64,000 bases of DNA from Eledone cirrhosa (taxonomy: Eukaryota). The position numbers and the translations under genes were made by a program. The notes beneath the pieces are model-generated. The model did not search any database. It saw only the letters and a program-made list of their open reading frames with translations, and had not been told where the DNA came from. Location: positions 146,072,001 to 146,136,000 of the forward strand of contig OZ024741.1 in the NCBI GenBank assembly GCA_964016885.1. The letters are read 5' to 3'. This document shows, piece by piece, positions 1-11,410 of this stretch. Each line of letters starts with the position of its first letter. Positions within the stretch are counted from its first letter, which is position 1.

Positions 1-1082
1 TCCCACCCTTCTTTTCCTTTCAATCTTTCTCTCTCTTTAGTTTAACATTCACCATCCTACTGCTTTCTTTCACTATTTTCTGTTTCTAATTCTATATCAA
101 GCAAATATTCACAACTGAAGTAGAAAATGTTGGATGGTAAATATAAGTCAGCAATATGAATGCATAAGCATGTCTGCCACCATCAGATTCCAGTCCACTT
201 AATTGGTTTCTAGTCAATCAAGGAAATTCTCTTCTAACATAACATGAAATTGTTAATATAAAATTTCACATGTAAGCATGCAACATCATAATTTTGTACA
301 TCCAAATAATGAGGCTTCATTTTAATTGATTTTTGAAAAGCTCTTTCTCAATGTTAGTGGTAATATTTTTACATATATTTTTTTCAGTATTTTTAAGAAC
401 TATCTAAAAAAAAAATAATAATAATAAATAAATAAAGCAAAATATCTGATTGCCAGATCAGACCAAGGAAACAATAATTCCACTGGTCTTTCTATTGCTG
501 ATACTATCTACCAAGTGAAACTCCTGCCAGAAGGAGGCAGGATTTGAAATCAGGACACAGAGCTAGATCTAGTACTACAAAGTATCCAACCAAACTCTTT
601 GGTGCTGATCTAATAATCTCATGGTCTTGAACCATTTTACTGTGAGAAGTTCTAGATAGTTATCATCAACATACTGGACAACCAATAGAGGGGTTGGCAT
701 TTTCAATTTTGTCACCAGTGCTCCTTCAGTGCTCAGTATTTTTGTATCCCTATCCTCATCAGCTCCTCATTAATCACTATGCCTTGTCCTGCCTCATAGA
801 TCCTTAGTACATTTTTTTAATTCCTGCAGCTGTCAACTTTATTGATCACTGGTCCTTTCCTTCCTAATGGAGCTGTAGGGACACCATTGTGACATACAGC
901 ATGTCTCAGGGTTTTAAACCTGGCAGTGCCCATCCATTTCCAAGTTTGTCAATAGCAAATTTCTTCCAGAGAGGGAGAAAGAGAGTGAGTGAGACAGAGA
1001 GAGACAAAAAGAGGAAAATAAAGAGAGAAAAATAGAGAGAAAGTCTGAGAGAGAGAGAAAGAAAGAGATAGGTGGAGTGAAG

Positions 1083-1235
1083 AATTGAACCCAGTACTTG
1101 ACTGGTACTTTACTGACCTAGGAAGGATGAAAGGCAAAGCTGGCCATGACATAATTTGAATACAGAGTTCAGAAAACCAGAATTAATACTGTGAAGCATT
1201 CTATTTGATGCCCCGATGACCCTGTTAATTTACTA
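1083..1235 (-). mobile_element. Diverged tRNA-derived SINE, family A
   Basis: The minus strand reads ...TATTCAAATTATGTCATGGCCAGCTTTGCCTTTCATCCTTCC...AAAGTACCAGTCAAGTACTGGG, the same core as the younger copies at 7983 and 27981. Confidence 0.65.
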
Positions 1236-1910
1236 CTGTTGTGAACACTATATTATCTTCATGATGTGAAAAATATTCCATCAGCATTGCCCAAATGATG
1301 TTGGCATCAGCTTTAAAGTACACCTAAGGCTTGTGTGCCATGCTATCTGCCCACAACAAAAATGAAATGTGCATCTCATAACATTACGGCACAATAATTT
1401 CACCTCAATTGGTCCTGCATCTTTAAAATTACACAAAACACATTAAAACAGAAACAGATCCCATAAAATTCAAAACATTTTTGGACAAATTCCTCCAAGA
1501 GATCCGGGATAAATCTCCTACATCCAGATATGTCTCCATAAACAATAACTCTCTATTTCAGTGGACCATGGCCAAATCCTGATTTGAAAGATTTCACCAG
1601 GTGGTGCTATTAAGTTAGACATGGCCTGGGCCAATACTGGCTGAAAGTTATCAAAGTTATATTTATATAAGGGAGAGCATCCAGCCATAGAAACCAAGAC
1701 AAAATACAAATCCGTATGAGTAAGACATGGAATGGATCTGATTTCTCTCTTAACATGACAACCTGTCTAACCTATGCAATCATGGACGTTAGATGATGAT
1801 GATGATGATATATATATATATCGACAGTTGATCAATTTTGTCAAATTGGACTGGGGAAACTATGTTTCCATTGGTCTTTCCAATTGCTAATACTATCTAT
1901 TGGTCACAAC

Positions 1911-2020
1911 ATGAAATAAAGAGTCTTGCTCAAGGACATAATGCATCAGCCAGTCCAGGAATCGAACTCACAACCTTACGATTGTGAATTCGATTCTCTA
2001 ACAACTCAGCCATGCACCGT
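1911..2020 (-). mobile_element. 5' part of tRNA-derived SINE, family B
   Basis: Minus strand has box A-like TGGCTGAGTTG and box B GAGTTCGATTCC, followed by ATGTCCTTGAGCAAGACTCTTTA, which resembles a CORE-type domain. Related copies lie near 15640 and 54340. Confidence 0.65.
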
Positions 2021-2851
2021 CACTATCGATGTATATATATATCATCATTATCATCATTTAACGTCCATTTATATATATATATATATGTCTAACCCATGTT
2101 AGCATGTGAAAATGGAGGTTAAAGAGTGATGATGATGGCATATATCACTTTGTTCAAATTGTAAGAACCAGGAAGCCACAAACTAAATAAATTATCGCCA
2201 CTCTGTAATGGGGGATAATTAAAAAACTGTTATGAATTCTCCAACAAGAGCATGACTGTTTAATTTCTTAAAAGAACTTATTCAAAGTAGTAGATAAATA
2301 TTAGTTCTTGCATTATCCAAGGTGCACCAATCTTGTCTACAAAATGTTTTATTTTGTCTGTGAGTATGTTTCTGTATTAAAATCTAAATTTAGACCTCTA
2401 TTTGTACACATCATTGTCAGTGTATTTGCTTATCATGTCTGGTGTATGATTAAATACAATTCTTTATAATATTTATCTGAAATAATTCAGAAGGACATAC
2501 AATAAAATTGATAAAGCATCCAAATGTTATATTGATTAAAATTAACCAAGGAAAGACACTGATTTATGCTTGCATTATGTTTCATAATATAAGCATTTAT
2601 ATCAATAATTTAAATGTATACATATATGTGTGAACCTATATGATTGGGAGGTTGAGGAGTTTACTTCATAACCTTGTGGCATATAGCTCTTGGGCAATTG
2701 TTTTCTACTATAGCCTGATGTGTGTTTGTGTGTGGGTGTTTGTGTGTGGGTGTGTACGCGCACACACATATATATGTGTGTGTGTGCGCGTACACATATA
2801 TATGTTATGGAACACTGTTAGCTTCTTGCTAAAACAATTTCTATACCTTTC

Positions 2852-2886
<35 letters not shown>

Positions 2887-4306
2887 ATAGCAAAGCCAAA
2901 CAATTCAGTACATTGAAGATAAAATGAGAAATATGTATATATGCTAGCATGGAAAAAAGACATTAAGCGATTTTGATTATGATGATGATGATGATGATGA
3001 TGATATCCATACATATATATATATATGCATATGTATACCATCACCACTCAACACCTCTGCCTTCCACAGTCATTATACATCTCTCTTGGACAACCCATGC
3101 ATGGGGAACTGGACATATCCACACCTGTTCTCCCTGTGCTGCTGCCACAACAAAATCACACAGTTCACACTCTAATGTAGTTGGTGTTAGGAGGAGCATC
3201 CAGCCATAGAAACTAAGCAAGACATTGTCACTTGACCTGGCAAGTCTCATAATGTGATGACCTCTCTATCAAACGATGATGATGATGATGATGATAAAAT
3301 CAATTTACCATAGATGTGAAGTAGAGTGCATCCTCTTTTTCTTGCATCTAATTGTACAACATAGAATTGTGTAGTTTTGATGAATCTATTAAAATCTGAT
3401 AGATCAACATCTAAATATTTTCAGATAGGAAGTGCTTTTAAAACCAATGTGGGACCAAAGCAGAATGTTTCCCTTGGTTTAAATCTTAATATTGCAATGT
3501 AACATTGTTACCATAACAATCTTAGTAAATAAAAGTTTCAAATATACAAAATGGTGCAGTAATTCCCAAGTGTTTCAGTGCCAAGGAGCGCTTTATTGTA
3601 AAGAATTTGCTCACAAAACCCTGCTACAGTTACACCCTTCCTTAGCTCAAAGACTCCCAGTGTTACCTTTGCAGATAAGTAGGGATCTGCAGACCCTAGG
3701 CTTGTAACCACTACAATAGAGAGTAGTTGCCTGAAAGCATACAGAACATGAGATAATAGAATACATAGAGAATGTTATAAATACAGCATACAGTTGTTTG
3801 AATTTACTCAGACAAAATAACACATTTCATAAAGAGTAAAGATACAGCAGGAATAATGCAAGAATAATTTTTTTTAAATCTTTTTCTTCATTGTTATCTC
3901 AGAAATCAAAGAATAAAGGTTGATTAGAACCCTGTCCTATCGAATTTCCAATTACCCCTTTTGGCACCAAAGCCCCTGAAACAGTCCTGAATTTATGATA
4001 CAAAGCTGCCCATTTAAAAATGTTTATACTTATTAAATCCTTCCATTGTACTTTTATTAATGAATTTTTTGTTAAATAATGTTCTAGTTATCAGCTTATT
4101 AATTAAAGAGTTAGTTATTTTATTAAATTATTCCTAATTACTTTCAAAATTGAATGAGAGATATCAACAATGTTCATTAGAAATAGAGTAATGAAGGGGT
4201 TAATGAAAGGTGGTTTGTGATGGAAATATTAACTGAAGTATGTCTGAAAAATAATCCACTTATTGAATGTATATATATCATCATCATCATCATGGGTGTG
4301 TGTATT

Positions 4307-4342
<36 letters not shown>

Positions 4343-4739
4343 AGAAACTTTAAAAGAAGAACTATATCATAGTTATACTATGGTATCACTGTCAATATTA
4401 ACACACCTAAGTAGCGTATGTCTATAAACTCCAAAAATAAGTTGCACAGATATGATATTCACTGAAATACACTTATACATATATTCATACATACATCTAC
4501 ACAAAGACACACATAATAGATATATGCATGCACATAAACACACACACTCCCGGAAATAGTCATTCAAGCAAACACACAAATAGGAATACATATAACGCAC
4601 ATAGAATGATATGTCACTAGACATGGTGTTATTTAGGTACAATTGTTTCTCTGGTTGCCTCTTTCAGATTTTTCACTAAAACAGTACATAGTTCTTCAGC
4701 CTATATTGACACGATTTTGTGATGTTTTCATAAATAAAT

Positions 4740-4775
<36 letters not shown>

Positions 4776-4776
4776 A

Positions 4777-6287
4777 TCATCATCATCATCATCATCATTT
4801 AACGTCTATCTTCCATGCTAACATGGGTTTAGACAGAAATTGTCCCACTTGAGGCAAGATTGGTTGTCTTGCTTGTATGGGACTGTCTGGCAGGTTTTCT
4901 ATGGTTGGATGCCCTTCCTAACACCAACCACGTTTACAGTGTGGACTGGGAGGTTTTACCATGTTACCTACACGGCCACATTACAGCGTGGACTGTGTGT
5001 TTTTTTGTCGTGACACCTACTCGACCTCATTTATTTAGGACTAGATGTCGTGGTACCAACATAACTTTCCAGAGAAAGGGGTGGTGTTGATGGGGGTGGG
5101 GGAGTTGGGGTAGTGGGAGGTGGGTGTATATTTGATTAAGAGGTGCCTACTGCCTGTAGGTTTCGCTTTGTACATAGGCAAGGCGGGTTTTCTGTATTAC
5201 TGCGTAGCGCCAAAGATCTCGGTCCAGTGACATTGTCTTAGAGAGGTGTAAATGTGTAAGGTTGGAATTTATCAAATCGTCCCAGGTTTTTCTGGGTCTA
5301 CCTACTCCGTAACTTCCGTCAATTTTGATCGCCCTGCATTTTTTATACAGCTGTCGGATTTCATGCGCATCACGTGACCATACCAACGTAGTCTTCTCTC
5401 GAGTAAACAGCATCTGATCCCTCTTATATCTAATTTCTCACTTAGTTCATTTATGCTTTGCTGTTCACGTATATTACTATTACACATCCAGTGGAGCATG
5501 CATGCTTTATTGCTCTCCAGTCTGCGCAGATCCTCTGCACACAATGCCCATGTCTCACTGCCATTTCACATAGCTGTTCGTATGTAGGCATCATACAGTC
5601 TGCCTTTCATTTTTAGAGAGAAACCTTTAGCGGCCAATAGTGGTATAAGCTCTCTGAACTTTTTCCATCCCGTTCTGACTCTGGCTACTGTACTTTCTGA
5701 GCACCCTCCACCACTGCTGATTTTGTCACCCAGGTAACGGAAGGTGTCCACTATTTCTATAGAGCCATCTGGGCAATAGAAGGAGCTAGTATCCTGTGGG
5801 CACTTGCTACTTATTGCACCTGAGCACCGGCCACATATAAAATCTACGTTCTTAGATAGCTTACCTGTGATCCCACTACATCTTTTATGCACCCATAGTT
5901 TGCATTTGGGACATAAAATGGAATTTCTGACTACTCCTTAACTACACACTGAGCATGGCCATTTCCCAGAGGGGACCTGTGCCCTATTTTTCTTCCTATA
6001 TACTAGAACTTTACTCTTAGACAAGTTAACTTTAAGGCCTTTTGATTCTAGGAAATGTTTCCATGTTTGGAATTTCTTCTCTAGTTCAGTCATCGATTCA
6101 GCTATGAACATTAGATCCTCTGCATAGAAAAGTTACCATGGGCAGCCGGCCGTGAACTCCTCTGTTAGAGCCTGAAGGACAATAATAAATAGGAGGGGGC
6201 TAATGACAGAGCCCTGATGGACACCAACTTTTACGCTAAATTCTTCACTATATTCGTTGTTAATTCTAACCTTGCTGACTGTTTCTT
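4777..6287 (-). mobile_element. 5'-truncated RTE-type LINE, family 1 (RT C-terminal half, PHD-type finger, 3' UTR, (GAT)n tail); disrupted
   Basis: Translated motifs include VGVHQGS, LFYAEDL (degenerate YADD), GKWPCSVC..CPKC..VHKRC..CGRC, FRYLGD, RRLRWYGHVMRM, GRPRKTW and DRDLWR. It is collinear with 40172-41474 and ends in a (CAT)n tract at about 4777-4797. Confidence 0.92.
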
Positions 6288-6300
6288 TATATATATATAT

Positions 6301-6460
6301 ATCATCATCATCATAATCATCACCGTTTTACGTCCATTCTTTCACTCTAGTATGTGTTAGATGGGTTGTCCTGTTGGGGGCAGCGCCAGGTCAAGTGACC
6401 TTGTCTTGCTCATACGGGAACTGATTTTTACTTGATTTCTACAGCTGGATACCGAACCCT
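6301..6460 (-). mobile_element. Non-coding 3' fragment with the RTE-type terminus and (GAT)n tail
   Basis: Similar to 48152-48425 (GGGTTGTCCTGTTG..GCAG.GCCAGG..GTGACCTTG..TTGCTCAT..GGGAACTGATTTT). Ends in the shared GACGTAAAAC-(GAT)n type terminus. Confidence 0.65.
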
Positions 6461-6474
6461 GGTTACTGTACTTT

Positions 6475-6534
<60 letters not shown>

Positions 6535-6535
<1 letters not shown>

Positions 6536-7177
6536 ATCTTCATTAAGAAGCCAGAGAAGATTATGAATGTAGGCGGGAAGCCATTAGAGTTGGTTGAGGA
6601 CTTCCTGTATCTGGGAGCAAAGATTGGGAACACAAAGGATGATATGGTTGAGAGGAAGAGCAAAGCTGAGGTGGCATGCCACAGCTTGAGATTGGTGTGG
6701 AAGTCAGACCTTCATAAAGACCTGAAGATCCGTTCTCTTCATTGCTATAGTGGAATCTGTGCTACTGCAAGGGTCAAAGGCTTAGACACTGACCAAGAAA
6801 CTCACTCAGATTGTGGATTGGTGCTACATGAGAATGCTGAGGATGGCTTTAAACATTAATCAGTATACACTGAGGATAAAAAACTCAGAGCTGTACGGCA
6901 GCCTCCCAAACGTCAGCTCAAAATTAACACAGAGTAGACAGTGGTTAGCTGGACATGCTCACTGACATTCAGAGTTGACACTGCACTCAGTGCTCCTGTG
7001 GGAGCCCATACACGGACACACTAGAAGAGGGAGACCAAGGTTGACATATATTGATGTCCTAAGGACAGACACAGGTCTCTTGGAGAAGCAGGATATGACG
7101 GCGATGATGAAGATCAGAGACTGCTGGAGAGAAATCGTCTATGGATCTCAGGAATTTTACCTGCCCTAGATAGATAG

Positions 7178-7178
<1 letters not shown>
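6535..7178 (+). mobile_element. 5'-truncated RTE-like LINE, family 2 (RT C-terminus); frameshifted
   Basis: Motifs LELVEDFLYLG, LRLVWKSDL, LLWEPIHGHTRRGRPRLTYIDVL and RDCWRE. Homologous to 45222-46565. The stop codon runs directly into (TAGA)n, and both sides are (AT)n. Confidence 0.88.
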
Positions 7179-7230
<52 letters not shown>

Positions 7231-7258
7231 TATATAGAGTTTTTGTGCATGTCTCTGT

Positions 7259-7781
7259 GTGTCTCCAGGATGGGAAAAACTCATCAGTACTTCACCAACA
7301 TGCCAAAATAAAACATTGGGGCACATTAGAGAACATAGAGATAAAAAAATTATATCCACACACAGAAAAGATGCAATAATCAGACAAATCACAGAGGCAA
7401 CACACATGAACAAACTACAACTAAAATTAAACAGAAAACATGAGTGGAATAGCAACATCAGAACTAGTAATTAAGGACAAAATGAAGACATACAGACACA
7501 CACAGACAGAACAAACAAACAACCAGTGACAAGTAAATAAACACACGAATAAATAAATAAAAACACACACACACAAAAAAAAAACAAGAAAGAAAGGAGA
7601 GAAACAAAATAAAAGCCTAGACACTGAGGTGGTTACAGAATGTGTGACTAAAGAGCTTTGACAATATAAACAACCTTTCGGTTATCAAACCAACCAACCA
7701 TAAATTTATAATAAATTGAAGTGAAAACCAGAAGGTGCGTGTTTTTATTGAGGGCATGACCCTCCCAAAGTATAACAATAT
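7259..7781 (+). mobile_element. Penelope-like element 3' remnant (GIY-YIG C-terminus plus pseudo-LTR)
   Basis: The peptide IISTHRKDAIIRQITEATHMNKLQLKLNRKHEWN fits the RQI.EA..I....LN.K.EW tail of PLE endonucleases. Downstream is a decayed HHR-like CTGAGGT-GGTTACA/TGTGACT hairpin. 7687-7777 recurs at about 47975-48107. Confidence 0.55.
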
Positions 7782-7982
7782 ATACATAGAGAGAGAGGGT
7801 AAGATGAAGATATGTGTGACATGGGTGTTCATGCTAGTGTGGAAGATAGACGTTAATCGATGATGATGATGTTAATGGTAAAGAACGTGTACTACTTTTA
7901 ATGATTACTCAATACAGTTGCTTACTACCTAAGGCTTTGAAGCCTTATGTAATAAACAACTATGTTGAGTAATTATTATTAT

Positions 7983-8092
7983 GAGTTCAAATCCCGCCAG
8001 GGTTAACTTTGCCTTTCATCCTTACGGGGTCGATAAAAGAAAGTACCAGTAACGCACTGGGGTAATTGCTGGCCTTGTGCCAAAAGTAGAAA
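7983..8092 (+). mobile_element. 5'-truncated SINE, family A
   Basis: Box B GAGTTCAAATCC, core CTTTGCCTTTCATCCTTACGGGGTCGATAAAA..GTACCAG, 3' end GGCCTTGTGCCAAAAGTAGAAA and an (AAT)n tail. Confidence 0.85.
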
Positions 8093-8123
8093 TAATAATT
8101 AATAATAATAACAATATATATAT

Positions 8124-9565
8124 ATTAGAAGGTGAGGGTTTTTTTACAAAATGAAAAATAACTGAGGTGTCGTACACGAGTGAAAGTATAAAGAAAAAAT
8201 GGTGAAATCGAAAATGCAACTGGTGTCTTGTTTAAAAAAATATATATATATTTATTTGGTTCCTTTACCGGTTTCGCAGTTCTGCTTTTCAAAAGTAGAG
8301 TTGAGATGGAGGATCTGTGGTTTTTCTCACATCTGGTTGGTCTTTGAATGTTACTTGTTTTGTATGGGAAAAAGTGGCTCGAAACGCCAGGTTTTTAGAG
8401 AAGGAATTTGATTGGTTGGTCAATAATTATAATAAATTTCGCGCCAGTTCGCGTTACAAAGTTCTTCAAACAAGGGGGGGGGGGCTCAGGTTGTTTTTTC
8501 ATATATGAGTGTTTGGATTTCTTTTTACTTAAAAAAAGGGGCTCACGAATGCTTTTTTTAAATAAACGTAGTTTGATTGGTTATAAATGAAATTATGGCT
8601 GTCACGTGAACAAGTTTTCATTAAATTTCGCGCCCGTATTTGGAAATTTATTCTGTAGCCTTTTTAGAGAATTTTATGACAAGCTAAAGGTAATGGTCAA
8701 GAGAAATGGGATGGGAGAATTGTTCTGGTTCAGTGAATATGGTTAGTTCGCTGGGGAGTCAGAATTCAGATTTTCTATTGAAATAAAGAAAGTAAAGATA
8801 TGTATCTTTATTTGTGTGCTTATTTGTGTGTGTGTGTGTGTGTGTGTGTATACGAAGATGATTCTATTAGTAGAAATAGGGGAGGGAGTTGTGTATGTGT
8901 GGGGGTGGGGGTAGTTATGTGTGTGTATGGGTGTTATGTGTGTGTGGGAGTATGGTTAGCATGTTAAGATGAAGAGAATATATATATATTGTGTGTGTGT
9001 GTGTGTGTAGGAAAATGATTCCGTTAGTAGGAATATTTTTGAATTAACATATTTTCCTTACTTATTTGTATTTGTTCTGTTGTATTGTCAGCGCAAACGT
9101 ATGTTAAGGTTTATTTATCGGGTTTTTATTTTCTAAAGTAGCAGGTGTTATGTGTGTGTGTATGTGTCTGTTTGGATGGTTAGCATGTTATGGTGTTGAC
9201 ATAATGTATATTAAACCATATTTAATGCTGGTCTATATTTTTGAATAAACATATTTTATTTATTTATTCGTATTTGTTCTGTTGTATTGTCAGCGCAAAG
9301 GTAAAATGGGAAGACTTGGAATTTGGGTGTCTTATTATTTGCGCATATGTCTAGATGTGCGCTTAGTGGTATCTGTCTCGTGGTTGGATCTCGTAATTGT
9401 TGGCGATGAACTGTCATTCTGTTTCTGAGTGTGAGTTTAGTTTTTCCTATATAATCTTCATTGCATCCTTTACATTTAAGGCATAAACTAGATTTTTTGA
9501 TGAGCAAGTGAAGTGATTTTTTACTGATTTAAATGTATACGTATTGCCTTCAATGAGGTGAGTGC
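8124..9565 (-). mobile_element. Penelope-like element 3' portion: GIY-YIG endonuclease fragment followed by pseudo-LTR
   Basis: ORF 9256-9507(-) has CLKCKGCNEDYIGKTKLTLRNRMTVHRQQL..LSAHL, matching the GIY-YIG YIGxT/R..H pattern. Downstream 8124-8830 is the reverse complement of about 9755-10462. 9043-9098 duplicates 9246-9299. Confidence 0.85.
8263..8295 (-). ncRNA. Minimal type I hammerhead-like motif, U3-A8 variant (copy 1)
   Basis: Minus strand: CUU-UUGAAAA-GCAG-AA-CUGC-GAAAC-CG-GUA-AAG. Confidence 0.6.
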
Positions 9566-9679
9566 ATTTAATGAAAACTTGCTCACGTGACAGCCATAAT
9601 TCCATTTATAACCAATCAAATTACGTTTATTTAAAAAAAGCCTTCGTGAGCCCCTTTTTTTAAGTAAAAAGAAATTCAA

Positions 9680-9680
<1 letters not shown>

Positions 9681-9758
<78 letters not shown>
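9681..9758. repeat. (CA)n microsatellite inside the PLE pseudo-LTR
   Basis: Seen directly. The same site holds only about 5 units in copy 3 (about 10796-10806). Confidence 0.95.
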
Positions 9759-9759
<1 letters not shown>

Positions 9760-10283
9760 GCACACAAATAAACATACATATCTTTACTTTCTTTATTTCA
9801 ATAGAAAATCTGAATTCTGACTCCCCAGCGAACTAACCATATTCACTGAACTAGAACAATTCTCCCATCCCATTTCTCTTGACCATTATCATTTGCTTGT
9901 CATAAAATTCTCTAAAAAGGCTACAGAATAAATTTCCAAATACGGGCGCGAAATTTAATGAACTTGTTCACGTGACAGCCATAATTTCATTTATAACCAA
10001 TTAAATTACATTTTTTTAGAAAAAGCCTTCGTGAGCCCCCTTTTTAAATAAAAAGTTATTCAAGCACTCATATATGAAAAAACAACCTGAGCACCCCCCC
10101 CCCCCTTATTTGAAGAACTATGTAACGCGAACTGGCGCGACATTTATTATAATTATTGACCAACCAATCAAATTACTTCTCTAAAAACCTGGCGTTTCGA
10201 GCCCCTTTTTTCCATATAAAACAAGTAACTTTCAAAGACCAACCAGATGTGAGAAAAACCACAGACCCTCCATCTGAACTCTA

Positions 10284-10319
10284 CTTTTGAAAAACAGAAG
10301 AACTGCGAAACCGGTAAAG
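10284..10319 (+). ncRNA. Minimal type I hammerhead-like motif, U3-A8 variant (copy 2)
   Basis: CUU-UUGAAAA-ACAG-AAGAA-CUGC-GAAAC-CG-GUA-AAG. The 10.1-11.1 pair is an A-C mismatch in this copy. Confidence 0.5.
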
Positions 10320-10771
10320 GAACCAAATAAATATATATATATTTTTTTTTAAAAAGACTCCAGTTGCAATTTCGATTTCATCTGTTTTTCTTTATACTTT
10401 CATTCGTGTAGGACATCTCGGTTATTTTTCATTTTGTAAAAAAGAAACCTCACTTTCTAATACATACCCACCACACGAAGACCGAAAATGCCACCAAAGT
10501 CTCAACAAAATAACAACTCACTGAACCAGAACATCTTAAATGAACTCAAAGAGATTTCCTCTAAACTCTCAATTTTGACCAACAAAGTTGACCAAATACA
10601 AATCTATAAAAAAGGACCCCACGAAGAAACAGAAAATACCCAAGAGACGAATATTACTCCAGCATTAACTAAACTAATCGAAACCATTGAAACAGCAATG
10701 CTCCAAAAGCTGGAACAACCATTAGAACCCAATCTACGAGATGTCCACTCAGTGAAAAACACCCTAATCAA

Positions 10772-11410
10772 TTTTTAAGTAAAAAGAAATTCAATCACAC
10801 ACACACAAGCACACAAATAAACATACATATCTTTACTTTTCTTTATTTAAAATCTGAATTCTGACACCCCAGAGAATTAACCATATTCACTGAACCAGAA
10901 CAATTCTCCCATCCCATTTCTCTTGACCATTATATTTTGCTTGTCATAAAATTCTCTAAAAAGGCTACAGAATAAATTTCCAAATACGGGCGCGAAAATT
11001 TAATGAAAACTTGTTAACCAATCAAATTACGTTTATTTAAAAAAAGCCTTCGTGAGCCCCTTTTTTTAAAGTAAAAAGAAATTCAAACACTCATATATGA
11101 AAAAACAACCTGAGCACCTCCCCCCTTGTTTGAAGAACTTTGTAACGCGAACTGGCGCGAAATTTATTATAATTATTGACCAACCAATCAAATTACTTCT
11201 CTAAAAACCTGGCATTTCGAGCCACTTTTTCCATATAAAACAAGTAACATTCAGAGACCAACCAGATGTGAGAAAAACCACAGACCTTCCATCTCAACTC
11301 TACTTTTGAAAAGCAGAACTGCGAAACCGGTAAAGGAACTAAATAAATATATATATATATTTTTTTAAATAAGACTCCAGTTGCATTTTCGATTTCATCT
11401 TTTTTTCTAT
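10772..11410 (+). repeat. Third copy of the PLE pseudo-LTR
   Basis: Direct repeat of about 9655-10395 with small indels. It ends in (AT)n. Confidence 0.85.
11303..11335 (+). ncRNA. Minimal type I hammerhead-like motif, U3-A8 variant (copy 3)
   Basis: CUU-UUGAAAA-GCAG-AA-CUGC-GAAAC-CG-GUA-AAG, followed by AAATAAA. Confidence 0.6.

Larger units (their letters stand above)
9570..10778 (+). mobile_element. Inverted PLE segment: partial and full pseudo-LTR, then the probable N-terminus of the element ORF (10488-10778)
   Basis: The repeat unit is shared with 8124-8830(-) and 10772-11410(+). An ATG-initiated, non-repetitive 96-aa frame (MPPKSQQNNNSLNQNILNELKEISSKLSILTNKVDQIQ..) starts just after the pseudo-LTR and is cut by the next copy. 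Confidence 0.7.

Noticed and set aside
10314-10411. Intron in the PLE pseudo-LTR (GTAAAG donor overlapping the HHR, GTGTAG acceptor)
   Set aside because: The acceptor reads GTGTAC in the 8124 copy and is absent in copy 3, so it is unsupported.
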